DNA of 64,000 nt. It comes from Felis catus (Eukaryota). The notes under the pieces were generated by a model. It searched no databases and was not told where the DNA came from. It was given only the letters and a program-made list of their open reading frames with translations. The DNA lies in assembly GCF_018350175.1 (NCBI RefSeq), contig NC_058368.1, positions 215,204,001 to 215,268,000 of the forward strand, read 5' to 3'. A program made the position numbers and the translations under genes. Below are positions 1-13,177 of this stretch, one piece after another (position 1 is the stretch's first letter; each line of letters begins with the position of its first letter).

Positions 1-250
1 TAGTGAATTCAAAAAGGAGAGAAATACATCAAAAAGGTACACAGATAGGATAAGAAGAAATAATTATATATAATTTTTTATAGATGACATAGAGAATGCT
101 AAGGTATTGGAAAAATGCCTATAGATATAACAAATATATTTAATAAGGTGGCAGGTATAAGGTCAGTATATAAAATTGAATTGAATTCTATTAAAATCAA
201 ACAAATGGAAAACAGAAGTCTGAAAGTATAATTTAAAATACCATACAAGT

Positions 251-521
251 GGGGCGCCTGGGTGGCGCAGTCGGTTAAGCGTCCGACTTCAGCCAGGTCA
301 CGATCTCACGGTCGGTGCGTTCGAGCCCCGCGTCAGGCTCTGGGCTGATGGCTCAGAGCCTGGAGCCTGTTTCCGATTCTGTGTCTCCCTCTCTCTCTGC
401 CCCTCGCCCGTTCATGCTCTGTCTCTCTCTGTCCCAAAAATAAATAAAAAACGTTGAAAAAAAAATAAAAATAAATAAAATAAAAATTCATTCATCTCAA
501 CCTTCTAAAACTTTCTTAAAA
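251..521 (+). mobile_element. Young felid CanSINE (SINEC_Fc type) with extra 3' sequence
   Basis: GGGGCGCCTGGGTGGCGCAGTCGGTTAAGCG head, CT tract, A tail; 16-bp TSD aaaataccatacaagt at 235-250 and 522-537. Confidence 0.97.
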
Positions 522-606
522 AAAATACCATACAAGTGTAAAGCTCTTAAATAATCTATTTATTTTCAGTTTTAATGAAAAACAAATACAATTTAAAAAC
601 AGTTGA

Positions 607-801
607 GGGGCGCCTGGGTGACTCAGTAGGCTGAGCATCCAACTTTGGCTCAGATCATGATCTCATGGTTTGGTTTGTAAGTGGGAGCCCAGCATCTGGC
701 TTGCTGGTGTGAGCATAGAGCCCACCTGGGTCCTCTGTCCCCTTCTCTTTCTGCCCTTCCCCTTCTGGCATACTCTTTCTCTCAAAAATAAAAAAGTTAA
801 C
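607..801 (+). mobile_element. CanSINE, older copy
   Basis: ggggcgcctgggtgactcag head, CT tract, A tail; imperfect TSD aaaa(c/t)agttga. Confidence 0.93.
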
Positions 802-1371
802 AAAATAGTTGAAAGAAATTAAAGAAAACCTTAATTAATGGAGAGAGATACTATATACATGCATTTGATGACTTTATATTGCTAAAATACCTACACTTAC
901 ATATTGACATATAGTTTCAAAGTAATCCCAATTAAATACAATGCACTTTTCTTGTAAAAATTAACAGGCTGATTTTAAAGTTTATATGGAGATGTAATGG
1001 ACCCGGAATAGTGCTTTTCTTCTTGAAAAGCAACAATGTTTCAGGGTGCACATTAGCTGATTTAATTGAATGGTGCAACCTATACCTGATAATGGGATAG
1101 ATCTGATGAGAACAAGCATATAGATTAATTCAGTGGAATAGGGAATGAGGAAACACACTTGTATACTCAGTTAATTTCTGAAAAATGTACCAAAGCAGCT
1201 CAGTGGAAGAAAAAAACATTTTCAACAATCCATCCTGGAAGAAGTAGATACCATAAATAAAAAAATAAATAAACTACCTCACACCATACACAGGGATTGA
1301 ATCCTACATGAAGAAGAAGGTTAACAACCATACATCTGTTGAAGGAGGTGACAAGATGCCTTTGTGTGTCA

Positions 1372-1600
1372 GTTGGTGGCCAAAATTAAATATGTTTCCA
1401 GAAAAAAATGTTGAAATCTAGGTCTTGGGATTATGAAGTCTGAATATCTATTACCATCTGATCAGAACCATATATGAAAGATGTCAGGCAAGAACCATCC
1501 AGCTGAGCACTGTTAACCCACAAGATGATGAGAAATAATAATTTCCTTTTTAGACCAATATTTCCTGCATGCCTTGTTTCTCAATAATAGATAACCAAAA
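1372..1600 (+). mobile_element. Decayed MaLR (MLT1-type) LTR fragment
   Basis: 3' end resembles MLT1 (tgagaaataataatttcc...caataatagataacc). Confidence 0.45.
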
Positions 1601-2740
1601 TGGAAGAATCTCACTACAGAGAGAAAACAAACAAAAACAAAAACAAAAACAAAATAAACAAAACAGTTGAACATATGCACAGACATTTAAACATGGCAGG
1701 AGATAATCCATAATAATGGAATTCAGATGGCACAGACAATTTATGACCTCAAGAATGTATTGGCAATAGATAATCCGAAAGAATGCATGCTATGTAACAG
1801 ACCTATGCTAGATAAAATAAATCACAGCTTCTCTGTATTTTACTTGAGAGACTGAATTGTATCCTAATCATAGCTGAGACTTAATGTGAATTATGAACAG
1901 TGCTGGATATACCTTACCTAGAATGCATAATATATGACTTGAAGTGAAATAATATTTAATAAAACCTAGTATTAGTTATATTAACAAGCCAAGGGAGTAA
2001 GCAAAAGTTCTTATTGTAATTAATTAACTTGACTACCCTAAGTACTTTTTAGTAGTAGATAGTTTATTTTATAGCAATTAACTGTTAGAATAACTATATA
2101 TTTATATTATCATGAACTTGTATTGTTTTAAACTGTAACTTGACTGAGGAGAGCAGTGTAGTTTGAGAATATAAACACTATTTATTATATTGTTTCTTGA
2201 GAAATTATATTCTGGATATTAGAAAACTAGGTTATAAACAGATAATTAAATGTGAAAATTAATTCTGTTTAATGGGGATCAATTACCTAGTGTGAACAAT
2301 ATAAATCGTTTAAGCTTAGTTGTTAAAAACAACATGCATATTCAGAAAGTCTATGATTACCCTTTATGAATAATAAGTAGATATATTTTTAGTCAAATTA
2401 CCTACTATATGGAGGAATGCTAACATCGCTTACCTTGACAATGAACTTTCAGTTCCAGGTCAAGTTGTAGCTAAGCATCTGCTGTGGCCATATGTCCTCT
2501 CAGTAGACTGCCACACCAGGTGAAATTTGTAATGTGACACCAAATTCTAACAACTATCACAGGAGAAGCTCTAGTCCTTAAGGCTTTCTTTTGCTTGTCC
2601 CCCCCAACCCCCTCTCCCAGGTCCCAATTTCAGCTAATATTAGTTGGGTTCCTGCCATGGAGCTGGAGAATATTTCTGACCACAAAGACTCTCCCACTGG
2701 CATCTAGAAAGTGAACGTAAGATTAAAAGTCAGAGAAAGA

Positions 2741-2867
2741 GGGGCGTCTGGGTGGCTCAGCCAGTTGAGCGCCGGACTTCTGCTCAGGTCATGATCTCAC
2801 GGTTCATGGGTTGGAGTCCTGCATGGGGCTCTGTGCTGACAGCCCAGAGCCTGGGCCTCCTTCAGAT

Positions 2868-2918
<51 letters not shown>

Positions 2919-2990
2919 GCCCCTCCCCCACTCCCATTTTCTCTCTCTCTCTCTCTCAAAAATAATAAAAAACATTAAAAATTTAAAAAT
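2741..2990 (+). mobile_element. CanSINE
   Basis: ggggcgtctgggtggctcag head, (CTGT)n(CT)n tract, A tail. Confidence 0.95.
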
Positions 2991-3546
2991 AAAGAAAGAA
3001 TATATTACTCGTGGTGGATGGGTCCTAAATTTTTCATTCTCAGAGACTCCCAAAGCGTGATTAGATTTTTCTACTATTTTGAGTCACCCTTGGTACTTTA
3101 GCTCTCTTCCATAAAGCCTGAATATCCTTGATTCAGTAAGATACTTTCAATCCTTAAGTACTTACAAGTCTGATTCCATAATTAAACTGTTGTGTCCATT
3201 ATTCATTATTATAGGTCAATCTATTTGCTCTTTAAACAGAATGGAGTCTCAATGTGTCAGTAAATGAAATACACTAAAATATGTTAAATTAGTATAAAAA
3301 GAGGAACATTAGATATTATCTGACATAATTTTAAAATAAATGCAAGTATTTTATTTTATTTTCCATTCCCAAGTTCTCAAACAACAGTTTGGCATAGAGT
3401 AGGAATGGGGAAATTCAAATATGGAAACACCAGTGTAGCTAAAAGTTACTGTATTCAATTGGACAAGATATACTTTAGATTTTACACTTGAAATGTACTT
3501 ATAAAAATTGTACCTGGATACTAAAACTATACCCATTACATTGCTG

Positions 3547-3690
3547 TTTTTTAAAATTATTATTGAAGTATAGTTGGCATACAATGTTATATTCATTTCT
3601 GCTGCACAACATAGTGATCTGACAATTCTCTACATTATGCAATGCTCACCCCAGTAAGTGCAGTTACCATCTATCACCATACATGTTATT
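3547..3690 (-). mobile_element. Carnivore L1 3' end, 5'-truncated
   Basis: ttgaagtatagttggcatacaatgttata...caacatagtgatctgacaatt is the reverse complement of an L1 3'UTR. Confidence 0.8.
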
Positions 3691-3765
3691 GAGTTAAAGC
3701 CTTTCCTAATCTCACCTAGAAGAAGAGAGGTTTATAATGTTTTGATCAAGTTTGGGAAAATGATC

Positions 3766-4313
3766 TGTGCTGGACAGAATTCTAAAACACCCATGTTTCT
3801 TTCCCCTGATATATGTGCCCTGTGTAATCCCCTTCTCTTGAGTGTAGTGAACCGATGAATATGATAGGATGCTATTCCTGTAATGAGATTATGAATCCCC
3901 TCACGTTAATCAAGACAGAGATGATCAAAGTGGACCTGACTTAGTGAGGGAACCCATTTGAAAGAAAATGAAGCATCAAAAAGATGCCCCCATGTTGTCC
4001 TTGAGAAAGCTGATCACCAGGCTGGGAAGGCCATGGGAAAGAACACAGTGGGTAGCCTCTTAGAGCTAAGGGCCTCCTTCCTATGCAATTACAAGGAAAT
4101 GAATTGTGCCACTAACTAATGAGTTTGGGAATGGATTCCAAGCTTAAAGGGGAATGATGCTCCCTGCCAATGCTTTGATTGCAGCCTGTGGGAGCACAGG
4201 ACCCAGCTAATACATGTCTGGACTTCTGACCCGTGGAAATCGTAAAATGATAAATGGTATTTACACAGCTAAATTTATGGTGATTTGTTGCAAGGCAATA
4301 GAAAACTAGGTCA
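3766..4313 (+). mobile_element. MaLR solo LTR (MLT1E-like)
   Basis: TG start tgtgctggacagaattctaa, tgtaatccccttctcttgagtgt, end gcaatagaaaactaggtca. Confidence 0.8.
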
Positions 4314-4626
4314 TATTGCACTTATACTGTCTCCAAAACACTAAGCTGAATAAGAATGATAGCAAGCATGCAACTCTAAGTCCAATTCAGATAATACCAA
4401 ACCAGCCTCAACTGACTTTTGTTCTTTCTCAGCTGTGAAAAGCTTAGGTGCTGCACATTTGGAAGGCATGACATCTGTGTTTTTGAGGTTGAAAATGTAG
4501 TAACTGGATGAAAAATGCACAAATCTATTATATATCATAGATCATATCACATATTGCATAGCTTTGGGAAAATCAGAATAGTGACAATCTTCCTAAAATA
4601 TGTAAATCGTCTAATAATATGTGAAA

Positions 4627-4685
4627 TTATATATATATAAACACACACACACACACATATATATATACGTGTATATATATACACA
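4627..4685. repeat. (TA)n/(CA)n compound microsatellite
   Basis: Directly visible. Confidence 0.9.
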
Positions 4686-4791
4686 AATCTGTGGGATAGC
4701 TTCTCAGAACTCAACAATCCAAACTGCTAGGCATCTTGTAATTAGGAGGGAAAAGATTTACATGTGACCCCAGGTAGAAGGCAGCAGCATA

Positions 4792-4990
4792 GGGGTACCT
4801 GGTTGTCTTGGTCAGTTGAACATCTAACTTTGGCTCAGGCCATGACCTTGCGGTTCCTGGGTTTGAGCCCTGTGTTGAGCTCTGTGCTGGAGCCTGCTTT
4901 GGATTTTGAAGCTTCCTCTCTCTCTGCCCCTCCCTCACTCATTCTCTGCCTCTCTCCCTCTCAAAAATACACATTAAAACAAATTAAAAG
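4792..4990 (+). mobile_element. CanSINE, diverged
   Basis: SINE body; TSD ggcagcagcata at 4780-4791 and 4991-5002. Confidence 0.92.
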
Positions 4991-5029
4991 GGCAGCAGCA
5001 TATGACTTAATAGTCCAGGTTGACAAACC

Positions 5030-5225
5030 ATGTTGTGTGAAATGTCAGCTTTACCTCTTACTACCTAGGTATTCATAAACATGTTATTTAATGTCTTGGT
5101 GTTTCAGTTTTCAAGTCTATAAAGTAGGGATATCACTCCCTTTTGTCAATTCTTTGCAGGCTGCATGAATTAAAGTATGCAAAATCTTTCTCACACATAA
5201 TAAATGCTTATAATTAGCTTTACTG
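5030..5225 (+). mobile_element. MIR SINE
   Basis: MIR core-like gtttcagttttcaagtctataaagtagggata and 3' taaatgcttataattagc. Confidence 0.6.
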
Positions 5226-5921
5226 TACGTCAAAAGTATAGAAGACCTTAAAGTGCTGCCTATAGAACATTACTACGAATGTTTACATTTTGTTATTTCT
5301 AGCAAATAATACCTACACTGAAATAATTCTCCTCAAAAATGGTAACTCTCAAAACGAAGCATTGTGTTCCAATGCATGCTATGCGTAATTAATGTGTTGC
5401 TTAGCTGGATGCATGATTTGTCAAGGTCTTTAAAGAAGATAATGTTGATTTTTAATCTAAAATTAGCAACTGATTTGTTTGCTCTGTTCAACATTGTGTT
5501 TAGTCTTCCTGTTCCCCTTCAAGTTACCTTATTTGCATATCTTTAAACCACCCTGTTTGGTTTCATCATGTGGCCATATTCACAGTTTGCTTGGTTGTTT
5601 ATAAATTGCCAAACTGAATTCATCAAATGAATAATGAATACTACATATGACATTCATTATTTTGATTTTCAATAGAGTAAATTGCATCCAATTTGTTACT
5701 CATTTCACTTTGAAATGAAACAGATAGTTTTTCCAATAATTATTCTCTTTTATTGACAGTAACCAGTCTCTTACATGAATACCAAGTAATGGTTTTATTA
5801 TATATCTATAAGTATAACTTTTCCTCAAATGGAGACATTTAGTTATTAAATTGATGATTTTTTAATGAAAATTAGCATTGAGCAATACAGCCTAAACAAC
5901 ACAGAAAGTAAATATCATCCC

Positions 5922-6417
5922 TGTGGTAAGCAGAATAATGTATTTCCTTACCCCCCAAATATCTATATCCTAATCCCAGAGACCTGTGAATATACATGTT
6001 ACGTGACAATTGGCAATTAAAGTTGCAGGTGGGATTAAATTTACTAAAGAGTTTCCCTTAACATATGGAGATTATTCTAGATTATCTGGGTGGAACCGGT
6101 GTTATGGTTTAAAAATGGAAGAGAAATCCAGAAGAAGTCAGAATGATGCCATGTGAGAAGGATTCAATCTACCCTTTTGAAGTTGGAAAAAGGGGGCCTT
6201 GAACCAAGGGTTGAGGGCAGCCTCTGGAAGCTGGAAAGACAAGGAAATGGATTCTCCCCTAGAGTTTCAGGAAATGAACATGGTCCTGCCATCCCTTGAT
6301 GTTAGGTGTAACCTGTGTTAAATTTCTGACCTACAGTACTGTAAGATATTAAATGTGTCCTGTTTTAGGCCACTGCATTTGTGGTAACTTGTTATGACAG
6401 CAGTAGAAACTAATATG
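5922..6417 (+). mobile_element. MaLR solo LTR (MLT1D-like)
   Basis: tgtggtaagcagaataatg start, ggagattattctagattatctgggtgg, gaagctggaaagacaaggaaatggattctcccctagag, end gcagtagaaactaata. Confidence 0.88.
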
Positions 6418-8104
6418 GTCCTCATCTTCTGGAGGGGTGCTCTCCTGGCTGACTTATAGACTAGCAGACTAGGTGCAAATTGAACACCTATGACCATAGA
6501 GTCACTTAAATTCCAGACAGCATAGTTTACAGAAGAGGAATATTTCAGGAATCCCCATTAGAGAAATGTTACAAGAGTGACAGCAAGTCCACCAACAGGA
6601 ACACATCTAGCAGTTGCTGCCAATTTCACAATAACTTCCTTCGGGGGGTGGGGGAGGTTAGCTTAAGACATCACATGAATCTATTGTATATACTCTGTTT
6701 ACCTAGTAATTTTAAATTTTACTCAAATTGTGATAAATATCATACAGTTTTCTATATTTTGCTTAACAGCTTAGAGATAGAGCCCCTAGATCCATTGTTC
6801 ACATTGCTTATTCAAGGGAAATATATTTGTATATATGTAAATATAAATTATATATATAAATAAATTATAATTATGAATAAATTATATATATATATATATA
6901 TCAAAAAAGAATAAAGGAGAACCACCGTGAGTTTAGAACTATATGGCTATATTCACTCATGAATTTGCCATAATGAATTGGAAGGTGTTTTTTTTTTTTT
7001 TCTTCCATCCTCTCATAAGAACCTTCTTACTTTGCTTGCCAGCATTTGAAGAGAAATGAAAGAAATAGTTCATAAGGTATGAAGGAGTAGGAAATTCCTT
7101 CCTAAAGTTGTCATGTTATCTTTCTGGCCACCTGGCCCACATTCTGACACAGAGAGACCAGTTTAGTTTATTATTTAAAGCTGAACACATTGGTTCTTCA
7201 AGAGAAGGCTAAGATCTAAAGGAGGTACTTCACTGCAGACAAGAAATTACTGTGACCTTGACTACATGTTTCATTAATAGTGAACTATTTTCATTTCAAC
7301 TGTCTTTTTATATTAAAGCAGTAGGTTGTGGTGAACGTAAAACCATGGAGAGCAATTATGGCATATTAAATTGACATATTAAAGATTTTTGACGTTATAA
7401 CTATTGAGAGTTATTTATTTCCAGAATGACAGTGTGGTACATATTAGAAACAACAACCTAAAATGTGGCAAATTTTCTAAAAAGATTTAATTTTAAATTT
7501 TAAAAAAGAAGTTTTTCATAGGTCAGATAAAGCACTGATTTATGAGTAATTATTTATTTTTTTCTCCTTTATCCCTCTTCCCTCTCTTAAAGAAGCACAG
7601 ATATCTAACTCCTTAAAAAAAGAACTGGTACAATGAAATTAATATGTTGCTTCTCGCTGCATTAAAATGCAATACATAATAATAGAACTGGCAAATTTAA
7701 AATTTTTACAAAATGAGAAATATACAAGCAAGGGTCAATACACATAATGCTTACAATGTGAAGGCATTTGTTTTAAGCATTTTATATGTATTAATTCACT
7801 TAATTGTCACAAAAAAGTAGGACTGTTATTACTTGAGTTTTGCACAAGACAGGTCACACAGTGGATCTGGTAAACATAATAATCCTGCTAGTAGAGAAAG
7901 TTTCTTTTCTATGTTTCTATCCAAAACATAGATTAAAATGAGTTTCGGCTCTTTGGTTGCAAATGATAGAATAAATGCAAGAAAGAAAAGGGAAGATAGT
8001 AAAAAAAAACATATTTTAAGGGCACAGTAACATCTGGACTGGCACATTCAGGGAATAAGGAAGAGGTTGGAGCTATGCAATAAAAAAGCACTTAGAATTA
8101 CATT

Positions 8105-8317
8105 AAAAATTTTTTTTTAATATTTATTTTTGAGAGAGACAGAGACAGGATGCGAGTGGGTTAGGGGCAGAGAGAGAGGGAGACACAGAATCCGAAGCAG
8201 GCTCCAGGCTCCCAGCCCTCAGCACAGAGCCCGAAGCGGGGCTCAAATTCACGAGCTGTGAGATCATGACCTGAGCCAAAGTCGGACACTCAACTGACTG
8301 AGCCACCCAGGCACCCC
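8105..8317 (-). mobile_element. CanSINE
   Basis: Reverse SINE; TSD tagaattacatt at 8093-8104 and 8319-8330. Confidence 0.95.
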
Positions 8318-9068
8318 ATAGAATTACATTTTAATCTTTCACTTCTTAGCATTTTCTTCTGTTGCTTTGTTCTTTCTTCTCAGTAGACGAGTCTTCTCAG
8401 TCCCCTTATCTGTTTCATAGAGGTTGGCCACCCCATAGCTCTTGAGGCCTTTCATTCTGTGATCAATCCATATGAAGTTTCTCCTAATTATACATTCTTA
8501 TGCTAAGACATTAAGTTGGTTAATGTCTCAGATACCTCAAGCTTAGTTCAGGTATCTGTCTCTGTCAAAACAGTTCTACTATTAATAACTTGTCATTCGA
8601 TGGATAAAAGAAGTCAAACAGAGGCAGTGGACTAGAAGATACTGTCATTTTGGTCACGGGAATTTTCCAATGTAAACTAATGTATTTGTTATATATTATT
8701 AATTCAAACTCATGTGATACCACTAGCTGAGGATCTGCTGTGCAAATTATGTAACTAGACAAAAATCATCAAAGCTAAAATAAGCTATTATTTGGCTCCC
8801 AACTCCCCCCACCTGAAAGATGCACAAAAAGGCTATGAGAGCACAGCGAAACTCAACAATACAAGGAAGTATTTATACGATTATATTAAAATAGTATAAA
8901 TATATATAATTGTTGCTATATGCTTTTAATGCATTTAATGTCACTAGGTGTGAAATAGCTCATTCAAATCTTAAGATTCTTCTGTTAGATGAAAATTTTT
9001 GATTTACTAAAAAAATAAATTCCATTAGTATATACACATGATTAAAAAAATAAGCAGTTGTAATTTTA

Positions 9069-9311
9069 TTTTTTTTATTTTTTTTTAAATTTTTTTCAAC
9101 GTTTTTTTTTTATTTTTTTTATTTTTGGGACAGAGAGAGACAGAGCATGAATGGGGGAGGGGCAGAGAGAGAGGGAGACACAGAATCGGAAGCAGGCTCC
9201 AGGCTCCGAGCCATCAGCCCAGAGCCTGACGCGGGGCTCGAACTCACGGACCGTGAGATCGTGACCTGGCTGAAGTCGGACGCTTAACCGACTGCGCCAC
9301 CCAGGCGCCCC
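9069..9311 (-). mobile_element. Young felid CanSINE
   Basis: CpG-rich near-consensus copy; 17-bp TSD aagcagttgtaatttta at 9052-9068 and 9312-9328. Confidence 0.97.
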
Positions 9312-9559
9312 AAGCAGTTGTAATTTTAACAGGTCAGTCTTGTACCTGTTTCTAGCACATTTCCTGACAAGATATATTTGGAAACTTATTATTAATTAAC
9401 CAATTTACGCATAAAACATAAATCTTATGAATTTTGGGGGGCTTGCAGCACACTTTGGAAAACTCGCAGTGGACAAAAGTAGCATTAAGTGTATGCGGAG
9501 TATAAGGGGTGGACAGCCGAACGGATATTAATACAAGCAGGAAATAGGACCGTGGACCA

Positions 9560-9906
9560 TTTCAAACATGAAATACCTTATATATTAAAACACTGTTTTA
9601 AAAAATGAAAAATAACTAAAACTAAACAATATTTTGTTTAAAGATAACATGTGATAAAAATATAAATAAAAAGGCAAAATTCAAAATTTGGGTTATAATT
9701 ATTACCTCTGGACAGGGAGGGCAGCCATCAGGGATTTGGAATCTGAATGAGGGAAATATTAGATAAAGAGAGCTAGGGACATATAACAATGTTGTGGTTC
9801 TTGAATTGTCTACAGATTCTCAGGGACTCTTTTATGGTTCATAACTTATGTGCATGCCACATACACTTTATATATATCAAATATTTAAAATAACAAAACT
9901 AAAAAA
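9560..9906 (+). mobile_element. Ancient L1 (L1MC/ME-type) 3' end
   Basis: aaaactaaacaatattttgtttaaagata, attacctctgg and an A-rich terminus. Confidence 0.55.
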
Positions 9907-11492
9907 GGAATATATTGATATAACTTAATATAAAATTAAATGCTGTTTTATAAACCAATTTTGTACTTTAAACTTTGTTCTTTAGAGTACAAAGGAACAC
10001 AAGTTCTAAATCGGTGTTTCTTGGGGGCCATATGTTCCTTAAGGTTGTGAAAATTTCTTCCCTTTCTCCTCCCTCACTTTCCCCTCCCTGTCCTCCTCAT
10101 TGGTGATTACCATAAGAAATTTTTAAGTGTCTGCATTTACTTCAATTATAAGTTTAAACAATGGGTACTAGTACGTTCTGCATCATTTCAATGGTTACCT
10201 TAAAAGTCATAACTATTACAACTATAATGGCTACATTAGAGAATGAATTTACTTCTATGTTTACAATCTGCTGAGTCAACAAATCATTTTACTTTTTAAT
10301 GATATCAGGTTAATAAGAAAGGAATGGAGGTCAAGGAAAAAGTAAACAAAGTATTCTTGCCAAGACACGACCGTGGGATCTCATAGCACACAATGTAAAC
10401 TCAAATTTTAGAGTGATTTGAGTAATAAAACTAAAATTGATTCAAGAATGGAATCATCACATACCTGACACTAGAGTATGTGTAGTGAACTCAAAAACCC
10501 TTACTGGTGTGGCAACTGGTGTTTTTATATTTTAAGTGGTGATTCGGCTTCAGCAAAACACTATCTGCATTTTTTAATTTATCATCTAATTTATCAATTG
10601 TTTAACGATTTCTATTTAATTAGTATTTTTTTTGGTTTTGTAATTGTATGATTGCATCATAGTTTATTACTAGCTCCATGTTTATACATTTTAATTAACT
10701 TTATGATTAAACAATTTACCGTCACTGAAAACAGCTAAATATATTTTTCTCTTAAAGGCTGTCTGTCACTAGTTGAACATGTTTGAGATTACCAGGTTGA
10801 GTCTTGAAAAGCTCAAATAATTTTCAAGAGTGGTGTAATTTGGATGATGAATTTTCATTTGAAAATCTGAGGGAATCATAATTAACAGAATAAAAAATTT
10901 GCATCTCAATCACAGTTGTAAGTTACTAAAAGGAGATTAAACCAATAATATTAGGTAGCAGGTAAGAAAGCAAACATGTTTATGCTCCCCTATTGAGCAT
11001 TCCACAATATAACTTTTTAATTTTTCTAAGAAAGGTTGGAAGATACTATATGAATTCTCATTAGAAAGATATTATAACTACCTCTGTAAAATACGACTGG
11101 TATCCTTGCCTAGCATTCCAGCTCACTGCACACAGCTCATTATATACAAGATATTCACGTTTATTTGTATAAATCGATGAATGAATAAATAAATGAACAG
11201 ATCTTGCAGAAATGTATTTCATATTGGTAGCATTTCTCTCCTTCAATAGAAAATATATTCCAGTATCCTAAGTGTCAGATACTAGTTATCTTTTCTGGTC
11301 TATGCCTGATCATTTCATGCTTCTTTTAATCTCCTCGTGTTTGTTTTCTTGCTCAAATGCTTCTTTTAAGTGCATCTGGATGTATTTAAGTATCCAAGAT
11401 GCCTTCAAAGCCAGTGTCATTTCACTAATATATAATTAAGATTTTTAAAGTACAACATCTTGCAAAGTTTGAGATTTTGTATATGCCCCTAA

Positions 11493-12602
11493 TGTACAGT
11501 AGATATGGAATTCCAAAGATAAATTACCATGTGAAGAATTCACCAAAAGAAACTTAAAATAATAAAAATAAATTGATCTTAGCGTTTGAATCCTCTCACC
11601 TCCAGGATAGAAGAGATAAAAGAAAGAAAGGAGAGAGGGTTTTGGAGGAGAAGATGTTAGGAGGAAGATATTTTTGGATAAAAATGTGATGTGATATTCT
11701 TTGCTTCCCCTTCTCCCTCCCTATACTTGAACATTCTTGTGAGTGCAGACTCTCACACGCATCTGTGGAGATCTTAATATGTGATGCCTTCATGTGGGAG
11801 GCAGAGACCACTAGGATCTGAGTTCCACCTTGGAACGCTCACGAAATAAAAAGAACTTAAAAACTCTTTAGAGAGTCACGCTATTTTGGGGTCGACCTAC
11901 ATACACTCCCTGATTGTGTGGTAACAATGGATGCCTCTAGGGTTCTCTTCTATTGGATGTGAACTGTGCAGAACAAGTCATCCTGATTTCTGTCCAATAG
12001 CGCCACCTGGAGTCACGGAGGGAACACAGCAGCACGAAGCTGAAGGTGCATATTCAGAGCCCAGGAAAAGAGTGGCAGAGAAAACCACCTAGAGTAGAAG
12101 TTAAGATAAAGGTAGAGGAGAGGTAGCCAGCAGGAAACCATAGAAGAACTCAGGAAAGAAACTCTCCCAAGGTATGTCAGTCCCCTAGAGATGAATGGTG
12201 GGTAAAGTAAGAACTGTCCTTACCTTGAAAACAGCATCTAGAAAAGAGGTGAAGGAAAGAGCTGTTTATGAGAGGGGTTTAGATGAATAAATGGAAACGC
12301 CAACTATATCCATTTTTAATCCTAAAGGCTTCCAGCCTGAAGCAGGCTGGTGTCAACGTAAAGTGATAAACATACTCTATTAAATTTCAGAGTTGTGAGG
12401 AGTATCTTGCGTTGAACGTTCTAATTACAGAAATGCGTCTGTCATAACAATTTAAAGTTTCTCTACAACTGATTTTATCTAAGGTTGGGCAGAGAAGTCC
12501 TGAAAATTACCTCACTAAATATATTTTAAAGGGGCAATGGTTAACAAAAATACATTTGCATTTTGGATTCATCAGAAGGAGCTGTTCAACCTCTAGGTCA
12601 CA
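11493..12602 (+). mobile_element. Probable ancient LTR (MamGyp/Gypsy-like), boundaries approximate
   Basis: About 1.1 kb bounded by TG...CA, GC higher than flanks; 3' end ttaaaggggcaatgg...catttgcatttt...tgttcaacctctaggtcaca resembles recalled Gypsy-type mammalian LTR ends. Confidence 0.45.
11998..12016 (-). promoter_or_regulatory. Candidate CTCF binding site
   Basis: Minus strand reads GTGACTCCAGGTGGCGCTA; core CCAGGTGGCGCTA matches the CTCF consensus with its CpG retained. Confidence 0.6.
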
Positions 12603-13067
12603 TAAAAAAAGGTAAAAGTTTTCTTAACTAAGCTAATCCAGTCTTCTATGCTACACTGTCAAAAGAGGGGGTTGTGTTCTTTGACAAGGTTATGTCTGCA
12701 GTGCAACCTGCCGGATTCTGTTACAGACACTGTAGTGTACTTTGGAAATACTATATAGGTGCTCATTTTCAGCTGAGGTCAGGGGAGAAGCAGGATTTTT
12801 TTCCCCCTTTTCTTTCTTCTTTAATGGCGAATGTCTAGGTCAAGTCTTATATTTGCTTTAAAGTGTGGATTTGGAGATATCTTCCATAGTGAGAGGCAGT
12901 TATATTTAAGCAACCTGGAAAATTGAAAGTAAAGTGTTGCTTGAAGAAGAGTCCTTCTGAATATGTTCCCACACAGATTTAAAGCTGTTACTGCCAGTTG
13001 TATTTTCTTTTTCATTTCTTTTATATTTGTTCCACTTGCTGCTTTACAGAATCACCTGAGTACTTAC

Positions 13068-13177
13068 CCTTAGGTGTATAAATTTGGCAATGGTGCCATG
13101 GAATTGGTGTTCAAGTAAAGCAAGTTATCTGGATTATCATCATTTTCATTACACACTCAGCAATTTCAACATCTTCC
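13068..13177 (-). other. Candidate non-coding exon (110 bp)
   Basis: Minus strand: acceptor ctctcatctacatcttttgcag, donor AAGG|gtaagt; stops in all three frames. Confidence 0.25.

Larger units (their letters stand above)
1..1360 (+). mobile_element. Ancient L1 (L1M-type) ORF2 fragment, highly decayed, interrupted by two SINEs
   Basis: Degenerate L1 ORF2 motifs (tagatgacat, aaggtggcaggtataaggtcagtata, aaagaaaaccttaattaatggagagagatac); no ORF remains. Confidence 0.7.

Noticed and set aside
251..340. tRNA genes at SINE heads (A and B boxes)
   Set aside because: These are tRNA-derived SINE 5' regions that continue into SINE body and tail.
2426..2740. Possible minus-strand exon (ctttctag|ATGCCAG ... 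CAAG|gtaagc)
   Set aside because: About 270 bp with an early stop and no recognisable peptide; cannot be told from chance.
5531..5538. Octamer motif ATTTGCAT
   Set aside because: A single 8-mer is expected by chance in 64 kb of AT-rich DNA, and no associated promoter or snRNA is visible.
10010..10800. Possible hAT/Charlie DNA transposon remnant (also ~16250-17330)
   Set aside because: Only vague terminal similarity; I could not define inverted repeats, a TSD or a family.
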